64,000 bases of DNA from Cyanophora paradoxa CCMP329. Lineage: Eukaryota > Plantae > Glaucophyta. Made by a program: the position numbers and the translations under genes. The notes under the pieces are model-generated. The model did no database searches. It was not told where the DNA came from and saw only the letters and a list, made by a program, of their open reading frames with translations. Positions 35,601 through 48,000 of the stretch are shown piece after piece; position 1 is the first letter of the stretch, and each line of letters opens with the position of its first letter. Where the stretch lies: positions 269,064-333,063 of the forward strand of contig QPMI01000519.1 in assembly GCA_004431415.1 (NCBI GenBank). The letters run 5' to 3'.

Positions 35601-37921
35601 CCGTACCCCCCGCCCCACTCGTCCCCCGCCCCGGTCGCCACCCCCCCGCGCCCCGCGCCGCGCGGCATGGCCCGACGGGGCGGCGGGGCGCAGGACCGGG
35701 GCACGATCTTCGTGAAGGGGAAGGGGGAGCTGCACACGTACTTCCTGCTGAGCGCGCGGGGCCCCGGGGCCGCCAGCGATCGCCGCCTCCCGGACTTCTC
35801 CTCCGTCCTCCGCGCCCCCGAGGACCAGCACCCCATGCAGATCACCGTCCGCCGCGCCTCCGCCCTCACGGTACCCCCCCCCCCCCCCCCCCCGCCCTTC
35901 CCCTGATTGAGCCCCGCTAGGTTGGATCCGAGGCGGAAGAGGAGGAGAGGGGCAGGGATGCAGAGCGGGAGGGCAGCGTCATCCGGAGCCTCGAGTCGGT
36001 CCGCGGGCCCCCATGCCCAACTCGGCGTTCAGCCCCTTCTCGGAGCTCATCGATACCCTCCTCCACCCCGCAGATCGGCCCCGATCTCGAGGGCGTCGAT
36101 TTCACGGTGTGGAGGTACCCCCCATCTGCTCTCCCCCAGCTCGTCCGGACCATGCTCGACCGCCTTGGGGTACGTGCACGCGCTCGCGCTTCCGATCTGA
36201 TCCCGTACCCCCCTCACACCCGCTTTCGCCGCAGCTCATCAGCGCATGCAAGATCAGGACGCAGGAGCTCAGCGCGTTCATAGAGATCGCCCTCTGCTCC
36301 TACAGCGAGAAGAACCCGTTCCACGTGCGAGGCCGATCAAATCTGAGCGGGCCCCGCGCGGATTCGAACCCGGGCTCTCAGGACGCGTTCCACGCGGCGG
36401 ACGTGATGCAGTTCGTGTACTGCTGCCTGACGACCGTCGTGCGGGGCCGGTGCGGCCTTTGCTCCGAGCTAAGCTGGTGGAGCTATAGCTAAGCGGGCGG
36501 GCCTCGCCCGGGGTGCAGGGGAAACCGGAGCCCGCGGAGCCCAGTGCTGATGGGCGCCCCCTCGAGCTCCTCGTCGGGGCCCTCGCCGTCGGCCCCCGGC
36601 TCGGCGCGGCGCTCGCAGCAGCCGGCGGCGGCCGTCCTCCGGGAGCTCGACCACGTCGACATGCTCGCCCTCCTCGTCGCCGCCCTCTGCCACGGTGCCC
36701 CCTCCCTCTCCCTTCCTTTTCCCTCCTTCTCCCTCCTCTCGCTGAGGGCGGGGTGTCTCAGACCTGGAGCACCCGGCGGTGTCGAACGCGTTCCTGGTGC
36801 GGACGCGGGCGCCGATGGCGCTGACGTACGCGAACTCGTCGCCGCTGGAGCGGCACCACGCCTTCCGCTGCCTGGCGCTGCTCGAGCGCAAGGACCTCGA
36901 CATCGCCGCCGGCCTCCTCCCCGAGCAGCGCGCCCGCTTCACCCAGGCCCGCCCCCGCCCCCGGCCCCGCGCCCCGCCCCCTCCACCCCGCCCCTAACCC
37001 TCCAAGAGCCATTCGCAACTCTTGGCCCGCCCGCCCCGCGCCGCCTTGGCCTCGCTGACGTGTCGAGCGCCCGCAGCTGGTGCTGGACACGATCCTGGCG
37101 ACGGACATGACCCTCCACGGCGAGTACATGACCGCCGTCCGCGCCCGCTTCGCCCCGGTGCGCCCCGAGCCACCCAGCGATCGCGAGCCTAGCCTCGGCT
37201 GGCCAGGGCACGCTCCCCAGAGCCCGCGCCCTCCATCCCCCTCCGCCTCGACTCGAGCCTAGTCTCGCTCGCCCTCCGCGCGGGCCGGCCCGGCGGGCCT
37301 GACGGGGGGGGGCAGGGGGAGGGCGGGCACGGGCACGGGGCGGCGGAGCCTGCGCGCTCCCGCTTCTCCCACCTCGACGACCGCACCCTCCTACTCGGCC
37401 TCCTAATCAAGGTACCCCACCCCCCCCCCCCCCCCCCGAACCGCCGCGGCTCAGCTTATCGTTCCCTTCCGCTTCCGCAGTGCGCCGACCTCGCGAACGG
37501 CTCTCGAGGCTTCGAAAACTCTCGCCACTGGGCCGAGCGCATCCAGCTCGAGTTCTTCGGTGCGCACGTACCCCCCGCCCTCGGATCCCCCCGCCCGATC
37601 CCCCGCGGCAGAGCAAGGGGCGCTGGAGGCGGAGCTGGGGCTTGACGTCACGCCGGGCTTCCTGGACAACGGCGAGCCGGAGCTGCTCAACGCCACCCGC
37701 CAGGTACCCCCACGCGAATGGCGGTACCCCCCCTTTCATCTGACCCTTCTCCCCCGCAGGTGGGCTTCCTGTCGGCGGTGACGGTGCCGCTCTTCGAGAC
37801 GCTGGCGGGCCTGGTGCCCGAGGTCGGGAGCGAGTTCGCCGCCAACGCGCGCGCCAACGTCGCCCGCTGGCGCGAGGCCGCCGACGCCCTCCGCTCCAAG
37901 TCCCTCCTCAAGCCCTCCTGA
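29617..37921 (+). CDS. Membrane receptor adenylyl cyclase-phosphodiesterase fusion (TM1-sensor-TM2-HAMP-PAS-class III AC-class I PDE)
   Basis: TM1 ~30625-30790; TM2 32638-32720; HAMP GRDEIGRLTGAFGRMA; PAS MFGYTSDE|LVGQNVNKIMPP...HDSY...GEVFPLELSIS...FVGMLR|DITERK; cyclase VLFADI|VNFT...EKIKTIG|DA...RIGMHVG...MYDLW|GDTVNIASR|MES...VKGKG; PDE NPFH|DAFHAADV...ALCH|DLEHP...LERHH...ILATDM...IK|CADL...EFF|EQG...Q|VGF. TGA at 37919-37921. Confidence 0.9.
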
Positions 37922-39235
37922 TCTCGATCATGAGCTTTGCGGGACAGTCCGAGGCCCATTTATCGTTATTTGCCCAGTTTCGCTGTAAAGAGAATACGTA
38001 GCACGTATATGCATGCCCCTGCAGCTGTTCAGTTACCCTGTTTTATTGCAGGCTTCAATCGCTGTTCATGATCAGCGATCACTCTGTGTCATGTCGTGTA
38101 CTGCAGACATAGTATTAGTATGCCGCAGTGCACCCCATTTTGCGAGCTGTTTGTATTTATGTGTATATATTTAGATCTGTCATAGTATAGTACCGTAGTA
38201 CTATTTGAGAGTTTAAGATGAGATCAGCTAGGCCTAGGTACTGGCTTGATTTAGTGATCTAGGGGACCACTCACGATAATAGACCCATTGTCGAAACTCG
38301 TTACACGGCCAAAGGGCTCATGTGATGGTCAGGAGTTCATCGGTTCCATTCTTTATTTATTATAGATTAAGTAATAACTAATTTCGCCCTTCGCATAGTC
38401 GATCAATCACCGCTCCCCGATGTATAATCAGTTTCTTATCCGTACTGTGTGAATTTTTTTCTTGAGAATTCTTCTTCGTGATTAGCCAGGCCACGATTTT
38501 CGCACTCAGCAGTTTCAGATTTGCTTGCTTCGAATTCGAACTCTGGATTCAATGAGTTCTGTAATCCCTTGTTTGCCAGCTTTGATTAGGCCGTAGACTT
38601 CACGTGCTAGTATACTATTCATTACTTCCAGTGTAGCTTCGATTCCAGGCCGCTGTAGCTGGACATGTCACAGTTCACGTGTAGCCTATAGCTAGTATAG
38701 ATTGTAATTGGGAACTTGCTGAATATTTTTTTGTGTTACGTATACGTCGAAAATCCTGCTGCGGGGGCGAGAGTGCTAGCTAGCGTATATTCTAGATCTA
38801 GATCTATGATAGCGCGCTCCGGAGCCTGGCCATGGGACCATGTCGCAATTTTGCAATGTGCAGCTGCAGCTGCGGCTGCATGCGCAGCTGCATTTGAATT
38901 CGCAGCGCGAGCGACTCGGCGACCGCGCGCGCCGGGGCGACTAGTACTGGGCCGGCGCCATGCATGCGCGTAGCATATAGTGCGCATACATTTGCGCATG
39001 CGAACCCCAGTCAATCGATCAACCTATAGCTATGACCGATAAGATCTAGAAACTCATGCATATGCGCGCCGCGCGCGCCGGGGCGGGGACATGCGGTGGG
39101 GGGATGCAACCCGGCGCAGTCCGGGCGCCGAAGCCGTTAGCTATAGCATGAGGTGTAGCGCGCCTTACGGCGCGCCGCGCGCGGCCAAGGGGGGTACACC
39201 CACCATAGATCCAGGGGTGACCGGGATGAGATAGG

Positions 39236-42200
39236 ATGGCAGCCACGGCGCGAGAAGAGCCGCAGGGCAGTAGTAGCCCTGCGCTACAACCATCCGCGCC
39301 ATCTGCGGCGAGCTCGGCGCTCATTCAGCGAGTAGACTCCTTGCTCTCCACATTGGTGCCGAACAAGTGGACCGAATACAGCAGATTGCACGTGTTCAAC
39401 TATGTCAAGTCGATCCTCGTTCGCGTCTTCCCAAACGTGACGGTGAGCTGCCTGGGTCGCTTTCGTATATGGAGCGCCAAGAGCGCCCGGGCGTGGCGGA
39501 GCTTCTGGACCAGTCGATAGGCCGAATCGCCCCGCGCGGGGCGGGCACGCTAGCCGCGCACCTTGCACGGTCCGCGCACAGGCCTTACGCGGTGCTGCAG
39601 GTCCTGCAGTTCGGCTCCGTGCCGCTGAAGACATATCTGCCTGACGGTGACATCGACGTTGGCTTCTTCGGCCTGCGCCTCGAGGAGGACTGGCCCCTCC
39701 GCCTCAAGAGCGCCATCGAGCGTGACGCGGCCAACCAGCAGAAGCTAGGCCATCCGCTGAAAGATGTAGCGTGCATCTTCGCCGAGGTGTGATTGTTGCC
39801 TCCGAGCACGCGGCCCCGGCGCTCCCATTCGCCGCTCATGACGATCTCTCCGTTGCCTGAGCTCGCCCGCGCAGGTGAAGGTCGTGAAGTGCATCTTGGG
39901 CACGATCATGGTGGACATTAGCTCAAATCAAACGGCCGGTCTCTGCACTTTGTGCTTCTTCGAGGAGGCGAGCCCACCGTCTGCTGAATCTCGCCACTCG
40001 TGCTAACGGTGGCGCGCCGCTTTCCGCTTAGGTCGACCGCCTGATTGACAAAGACCACCTGTTTAAGAGGAGCGTCATATTGATCAAGGCGTGGTGCTAC
40101 TACGAGAGCAGGATACTTGGTTCGCAGATGGGTCTGATTTCGACCTACGCGCTGGAGACACTCGTGCTTTACATTTTCAACCGGTTTAACGATTCTTTGC
40201 ATTATCCTATCGATGTTCGTGCATCGCCCCTCACGTAGAGCCGCTTGCGGCGGGCAACCTCCGCGGTTGCCGATGCTCGTTTGAACGTGCAGGTCCTCTA
40301 TCGTTTCTTGGAGGAATTCAGCCAGTTCGATTGGGAGAAGTACGCGATTTCTATATGGGGCCCGATCGAGATTGGAGCGCTGCGGAACCTGCCTCGTGCG
40401 CCGCACCCCACGCCCCTCGCATCTCTTTCCTTCCTTTTCTGACCGGCGCCCGGGGGCCCGCGCGGCGTCTCAGTGCCGGAGCGGGCGTCGTGGGAGGTTG
40501 CGGAAGGCAAGGAGCCGCCGATCACGTCCAAGTTCATGACGTACATGCGGAGCATCTACACGGACTCGTTCGAGCGCCTCGGGGCCAACCGCCCGCACTA
40601 CAAGCGACCGTCCGCGCCCCGCCCCGCCCCGCCCCGCCGCTCGCGCCGCCGCCGCCGCAGCGCTGACGCCGTGGCGCGCAGGGAGCAGCGGCAGTTCATG
40701 CTCAAGCACATGAACGTGGTGGACCCGCTCGTCCCCCACAACAACCTCGGGCGCTCCGTATCCTTGTCCAACCTCGCGAGGATACGGAGTGCCCTCGGGC
40801 TGGGCCGGCAGCAGCTCGCCTCGGTCCTCGACAAGGCGGCCCCCGAGGCGGCCGCTGCCCTGGACCAGTTCTTCACGTCGACGCATCGTCGGCTCCGAGG
40901 GGACGTCTGGAGCCGCTCGGACCTTGCTGGGATCCACCACCTGTGGAACTACGAGCGGTCCATGCTCTACTCGCTCGCGGTCACGGCCTCGGCCGCTCCC
41001 GCGCACGCCACCGCGACAGCCGCGGCGGCCGCAGCAGCAGCAGCGAACGCGCACATCGCTCGCATCCTGGCCGCCGCCTCTGCGGCGCACCTCCCCGCTC
41101 TTCTTCACCAACAGCAGGCCGCCGCAGCCGCCTACCTCCAGGCCTACGGGACTCTCCCCTCTTCCGCCTCCTCCGCCTCCTCCGCGTCCGCCGCCGCTGC
41201 CGTCCAGCCGGCCGCCCCCGCGCTCCCTTCCCCGTCCTCCCGGGGCGCGGCCGAGGCGGCGCGCGCGGCGGTCCTCTCTGCGATCGACGCGGCGGCGGCG
41301 GCGGCCTCGGGCGAAGGCGAGGCCTCGGGCAAGGGCGCTGGGGGCGAGCAGGCGCACCCGCCCGGCGCCGAGCACGCGCACTGGCACGGGCGCAACGGCG
41401 CCGTCAAGCCCCATCCGCAGCCGGCCTCCCCGCGGCCCGCCCGCGCCCTCCCGCGCCCCTGCCCCCTCCGGCCCCGGCTCCCCGGCGGCGCCTCCTCCTC
41501 CTCGGGCCGTCGCCCCGCCCCTGCCGGTCGTCCCCGCCCCGCCCACGGGCCCGCCCCCGCGCCCCCTCCGAGAGCTCTATCCCCGAAGAGCCGCCCATCC
41601 TCTTCGGCTCCGTGGACCCCGCCGAGCTCGCGAACGTCGTACCCCCTCCCTCCCGCCTCCCCGGCCTCCTCCTCCGCCTCCGGGCCTCCTCCGCTCGCCC
41701 CCGCCTGCGCCCGGCGCGCCGCGACCCCCCACCTCGCCCCGACGGCGGCCCCCGCCGCCCGCCCCAGCGCCGGCGCCGGCGGCGGCGCGAGGACCGGCAC
41801 GTCGTCGCCGGCCTCGCGTGCCTCGGTCACCAGCCCGGGGCTGCAGGGGAGCTCTTCGGGGGAAGGGCCCCCCGAGGCGCGGCTGCCCCCCGCCGCCCAG
41901 CCGAGCGCCCCGTCCCTGTCCATCCACCTCCCCACGCCGCCTCACACCCCCGTCGTGCCCCTGCCCCGCTCCCCCGCCGCCTACCCCCACGGCTGGGAGG
42001 CCGATCCGCTCGCTGCCGCCGCCCGCCTCGCCATAAGGCACGCCCAGCAGCAGGCGGCGCAGCAGCAGCAGCAGCAGCCGGGGATCGTACCCCTGCAGCA
42101 GCCGCACCCCGTGCAGGCGGCGGCCTCCCAGATGCAGCAGGGGTACCTGGAGTACGGCCCCTCGGGGGCGGCGTCGCCCATGCCCCTGCCCTCGCCCTCG

Positions 42201-42826
42201 GCCTCGCCGGCCCCGCTCCCCGCGGCGCCCTCGCCGGTGCCGGCGCTGGCGCAGCAGCCCCTGGCGCCGCTCCTCTCGTCGATGCTGGAGAACATCCAGG
42301 GGCCCTTCACCTCGGCCTCGGGCGGCGCCGAGCGCGCCGACTACCTCGCCTCCGACCTCAAGGCCCGCCCTCTTCCCGCTCCGATCCGCGCCCCCCGCCG
42401 CGCCCCGCTCATCCTCCCTCGCTCGCGCGCGCGCAGGGGCTCCGCCAGAACGTCGAGCACCTGCAGACGATGTTCGCGCGGCGCGAGGGGCCCCCGACCT
42501 CCTCCCCCTCGGGCGGCGGCGGCGGCGGCGGGTACCGCCACGACCGGAGCATGACGCCCCCGCCCAGCGGCGCCCACGCTGGCTACGGAGGCGGCGGCGG
42601 CGGGGGGGGCGGCTACGGACGCGGGGGCGGCAACTACTACAGCCCGCAGGGGCAGTACGCCCGCGGCGGGGGCGATCGCTGGGCCTCGCAGGGCGGCGGC
42701 TCGCGGGGCGGGCCCCGAGGAGGCCAGTGGGGCGACGGCGGCGACGCCCAGGGCGGCTACCGCAGGGTGCCGCCCCAGCAGATGCAGCAGCAGCAGCAAC
42801 AACAACACCAGCAGCAACACCAGCAA

Positions 42827-42871
<45 letters not shown>

Positions 42872-44331
42872 CCGATGCCGCAACCGCTGCAGCCGATGCC
42901 CCAACCCGCCGATCAGCAGCAGCCACAGCAGCAACAGCAGCCTCCGCAGCAGCAGCAGCAGCAGCAAGCGTCGACGACGAAGGAAGGCGCCAAAGAGCCT
43001 CCGCAGCAGCAGCAGCAGCAGCCGGCGCAGGGCCACTCGGCCAAGCAAAAAGGGGGCGCCTCCCCTCGGGGCTCCCTCCCCCTCCGCGCTCCTGGGTACG
43101 GCGTGCAGCAGCTTCAGAGCCCGCCGGGGTACCCGCAGCCGCTGCCGCAGGGGGGGTCGGCTAGGACGTCCCCCGGGCCCTCCCCGCGGCAGGAGGAGGC
43201 GGACTCCGCGGCCGCGCGCCCGGCGCCCGACGACGGCGGGCGCGAGGCGCCGCCCAAGCGCGAGGCGACGCCCCCGCCGGCCGCCCACCCGGCCACCGCC
43301 GCTCGGTCCGCCCCCGCTCCCCTTCAGAGTTTTGTCGCCTCTTACGCAGACCGCGCGGCTCACAGGGCTCTGCTGGCGCCATCTCGCCCGCGTATCGCGC
43401 CGGCCGCGGTGCCGGCGGGTCGGACGGGCGCGGCGGGGGCTCGGCGGGCTGGATCGGGGGCCGCGGGGCGGGGCCAGGGGCAGGGCCAGGCGCGGCGGGC
43501 GCTGCCGCCGACGGGGCTCAGCGGGATGCCGGCCAAGTGGGCGGACGTCAGGGACGGCCCCGTGCGGTGCGCTCTCTCGCTCTCTCTCTCCCTCCCCTCC
43601 CTTCGCGCCCGCCTCACGCCCGCGCCCGCAGCGGCGCCTCGGTGCCCTCGTCGCCCTCGGGACGCCGCGGACGCCGGGGGAGGCCCCCGCGCAGTCCCCC
43701 GCCGGCAGCAGCAGCGCCGCCGCCGACCGCGCCTCGCCCCGCCCGAGTCCTTCGAGGTCTCCATGCTCGACTTCCCGCCCCTGGGGGGGCCCGGGCCCCC
43801 TGCAGGCCCCGCCCCGCCCTCCAACGCCCCCCGCCCCGACCGCCTGGCGGCCCCAGCGCCGCGACGCCCGCCGCGACAGCGGGCCACCGGCCCCGCCCCG
43901 GCGACGCCGGCCGCGCCGCCCGCGGCCCCGAGGAGCCCCGGGAGGGCCGGGAGGCCAGGGAGGGCAAGGAGACGACGGCCAAGTACCGCCCGCCGGCGCT
44001 GCGCGGCGACCGCGAGGGCGGCGGGGCGGCCGGCGCGGCGGCGGCGGCGCCCGCGGGGCCCGCCCCGTCGCCCCGCGGCCCGTCGCCTGGCCCTGCAAGC
44101 CCCCGCCCCTCCCCGGAGCCCGAGCCCTCACCCGCTGCCGCCTCCTCCTCTTCCACCTCGACGCCCGCGGCCCCCGCCCCCACCCCCGCCCCCGCCGCGT
44201 CCCCGTCCCAGCCGGCGCCCCAGCCGCCTTCGAGAGAGGGGTCGGCGTGGGGCCCTCCCCTGGCCGGCGGGGCTGCGGCGCCCGCCGGCCGCGCCCCTAC
44301 CCCCTCGAGGACGTCCCCCGTCCCGCACTAG
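39236..44331 (+). CDS. Pol-beta superfamily nucleotidyltransferase, plant-type PAP/OAS1 substrate-binding-domain family, with long disordered C-terminus
   Basis: FGSVPLKTYLPDGDID, AEVKVVKC...VDIS-NQ-GLCTLCFFEE|VDRLI-KDHLFKRSVILIKAWCYYESRILG...LISTYALETLVLYIFN, VLYRFL-FSQFDW, KHMNVVDPL-NNLGRSVS. The 3' end is approximate. Confidence 0.9.
42782..43021 (+). repeat. Coding CAG/CAA trinucleotide (polyQ) tracts
   Basis: Long cagcag/caacaa runs encoding MQQQQQQQHQQQHQQQQ... Confidence 0.95.
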
Positions 44332-45078
44332 TCACAGCGCTCTGCTACGCAACGCTTTTTCTGGCGACCTTTTTTCAAAAAACCTTTTTCGTGTTTGAAT
44401 GAGCGGTTAGACGGTTAGCGTAGCTCTTAGTACAGTGGACGTAGCTTAGTCACTGATGGGGCAACTTCTGTGGGCGTGTAGTATGTATCACACCGAGACA
44501 GTTCACGTGCACGGGCCCCCGGCGTGCGCATGCATATGCGCACCATGGTCGTCGGGCCGCCTTCGAATTCGAATTCCGTACGCGCGCGTGCACGTGGCGC
44601 GCGCCGGCGTGGATATCGATCGATCCATATCGAGTCGACGTCCGTGCGCGCGTGTGCGCGTAATCATGGCGCACGTGGCCTGTACGTGTGAGCAATTGCG
44701 AGCGCTCAGCGGCTATAGCTTGCATGATCGGATTGCAACGCCGGAACGGCATTGCCGAAAATCCGGGTACGATGCGTTGCATTTTGATCGGAGGCTCGGA
44801 GCGTTGTTCGGGTCTGTTAGCTGTACTGCGGCAGCCGGCCAGCAGGCAGCTCGTATAGCTTTGGAGCGAGCGCGGTGACCTAGCCGTTCGGCGCGGCGCG
44901 GCGCCGGGATCCTCAGTCCGCTGGTCCAATATTAATTGCAATTGCAACTGCAGAAGCATCGCCACGGCGCCGGCGTGCCCTTCGCCCGATAGGCCGCGCA
45001 ATCGGCATAAGTTGCAGCTAGGTACTGTTTTCACCAGTGGTCCAGCTGGGCGGCGTGCTAGCTATAGCGGAATTGGCC

Positions 45079-48000
45079 ATGGCCGCGGCCGCGGCACGGC
45101 GGCCGGCGACTGCTCGGCCGCGCTGCCGAATGCTTGGAAACAGCGGGGGCTGCGCCAGCGCGGCCTCCGCGCCCGTCGCCGCCATGCTCCTCGCTTGCCT
45201 CCTCGCCTCGGCAGCGGCCGCAGGTGCGCCTGCGCCCGCCGCCGCGCGCCGCGCCGCGCCATCGAACAGTGCACTTACAGCGTGACGCAGACCTCGCGCT
45301 GCTGTCGCCCGGTAGCGGCGTGGGGACCATCCCGGTCAGCTCGCCCCCCGTGTCTGGGGCCAGCCTGACCGTGGAAGCGTGGATCTACCTTACCGTGCGC
45401 CGCCCTCGGCTTCGGCTGGGCCCGCGCGATTGCCCGCCAGCTTGACGCCCCGCCGCAGGCGGTCCCCGTTACGGGCTTCCGCCCCTTCCAGGTCTCCGTC
45501 AAAGTGAACAACCAGTACAGCTACACCGTGCGGCCGGGCCCGGCCCCGAGCCGCCTACCCACCGTCTAACCGGCGCTCCGCCTCACACTGGGGCGCGCGC
45601 GCGTGCAGCTCTACACGATATTCGATGGCGGTAGCTCTGCCGGCGAGCTCCGCGTCACCATCGAAGGGGAAGGGAACAACGGCTGGTTCAAGTACGAGGG
45701 CGTCAGCATGACCGGCTGGCCCCTGTGCGCGGCGCTCGCGCCGCCTGCCAGGCTGCCCCGCGCCTGACGACCCCCGCAGGAACACCTGGGTCCACGTCGC
45801 TGCCGCGGTCGGACCAAACGACTTCCTGCAACCGTGGGTGCGCATGCGCCCATCAGATGCCGTTGAAATTAAATCTAAATCCAGAACGCTGAGGGGTCGG
45901 CAGTTGAACGGGACGGAACAAGGCGGCTCGGACCCCGGCTGGGGCCTCAGCTCGAACGAGGCGGTCGCCGTCAGCAACACGACGCTCACGAGCCTCGGCG
46001 TGGGGAAGGCGACCGGCTTCAGGATCGAGTGAGCCTTCGTGTACCCTTGCGGCCGCCCGGCCGGATCCCTCTCACCTCGATCACGCCGCAGCGAGTTTCG
46101 CGTGTGGAAGAGCGTCCGAACCACGGCCCAGATCCAGGCGCGCCCCCCCCCCCCCCTCCCACCCCTCCCCTCCCCCTCTAGCCGGGTACCCCGATTAAAC
46201 CGGGCTGCAGGCGGGGATGTCGGCGAAGGCGGACGGGACCAACGCGAACCTCCTCTACTACTTCACGTTCGACGAGGCGCGCCTTGAGTGCCGAGCGCCG
46301 TACCCCGCGGCCCGCAGCCACGCCCCGCCTCATGCCTCCGCAGGACGCTGTGAGCGGGAACGAGATCACGAACAGCGCCGGAGCCGGGTGCGAGCGGTTC
46401 ACGGTGCTCGGGACCTCCGTGGTGGACGGGGGCAAGAGCGTCTCGGGCTTCACGGGCACGTGCGGGAACACCCCCACGCCCAGCCCTTCCCCCTCCCCCT
46501 CCCCCTCCCCCTCGCCCACCGCCTCCGCCACCCCCTCCCCTATCCCCACCCCAACCCCCGCCCCGGCCCCCGTCCCGGCGACGCCCACGCCCTTGCCGGC
46601 CGCCGCGCCGACCGCCACCCCCGCGCCGGCCTCTTCCGGCGGCGGGGGCGCCACGCCCACCCCGGCGACGACCTCTTCCGGCTCCTCCTCCTCCTCCTCC
46701 GGCGTGACGCCCACGCCGACGCCGTCCCCCAGCTCCAGCCCCGCCGTGCGCTCTGAGACCCCGCGCCCGCCCGCGCCGGCGCCGGCGCCTCAGCGCGGGG
46801 GGCAGGGGGCGGCGGGGGTGGAGTACGCGACGCTGGAGCTCACCTTCGCGACCTCCGCCTGCTCCGCCTTCCTCGCCTCCTTCAGCGCAGACGCCGTCCG
46901 GCCCCTCCCCTCCCGCCCTCTCTCCGCTTCCGCTGTCGCCAATCGAGCTTTCCTCAGTGGCTGAGCGAGGTCGTGGCGAAGTCTTTCCCGGGCAAGTCGG
47001 CCGCCGAGCGCGCCGCAATCGCCCTCCAGGCGCGCCCCGCCCCGCCTCGCCCCCGCCCACCCGATCGGTGTCGACGGCTCTGGCTGCGGGCGTTGGCTCA
47101 CGCGGCGGCTTCCGGGGCCGGCGGGGGCGCAGATGGTGGTGGGGAACCTGCGCTGCGGCTCGGTCATCATCACCCTCACCCTCGTCAGGCGCGCCAGCCA
47201 CCTCACCCTGCGAGGGCGTCCGTCCTAGGCCCAGGTCTGACGGGCCGCGCGCGCAGCCCCTCCTCGGGCTCCGCGAACGGGCGCTCGTACGAGACGCTCT
47301 CCTTCCTTGTCTCCGGCATCCAGGCGCGCCCGCGAGCCTCGGGCCCGCCGCTGGGTCTGACGCGGACGGGGCGGCCGGGGCAGGACGGCGTCAAGGCCGG
47401 CACGACGATCGCCGGCCTCTCCGCCGTCTCCGTCACGCAGGCGCGCGATCGCGAGCCGCCGCCGCCGCCGCCGCTCTGGTCGGCACCGCTCGCAATCGCG
47501 CGCGCGCTGACCGGCAGCGCAACAGATCGCCTCGGGGACAGCCGCGGCGACGGTCGGTGCGTCGGCGCCGCCCCTCTCGCCTCCCGCCCCGGCTTCCCAT
47601 CTCCTGACCGTGGCTGCGCCGCGGCCGGCAGACGCGAGCGGGAAGTTCACGGGGGTGACGCCGTTGACCCCGGGCGGCGGCGCGGGATCCGCCTCCTCCT
47701 CCTCCTCCTCCTCGACGGCGGTCATCGCCGCGGCGGCCGGCGGCGGCGGCGGCGGCGCCATCCTCCTCCTTGGCGGCCTCCTCGCGTTCTACTTTGCCTA
47801 CTGGCGCCGCCGCGGGCGCCGCGTCCGGGTCGACGACGCCAACAGGCCGGTCCGCGCCGCCGATCGCTCTAGAGATCATCCCCCGCTCGCCCTACCTGGC
47901 CTCTCGACGCCCAACGCGCGGGGCGCCCCCGGCCAGTTGACGGGGGAGCGGCCGGGGACGCGGGTGCGGCGGGCGGACACGAAGTCGGCGATCGACGAGG

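Noticed and set aside
39236-40900. cGAS/OAS immune enzyme call for the NTase
   Set aside because: Motifs match the conserved plant-type PAP/OAS1-SBD nucleotidyltransferase family rather than cGAS/CD-NTase.
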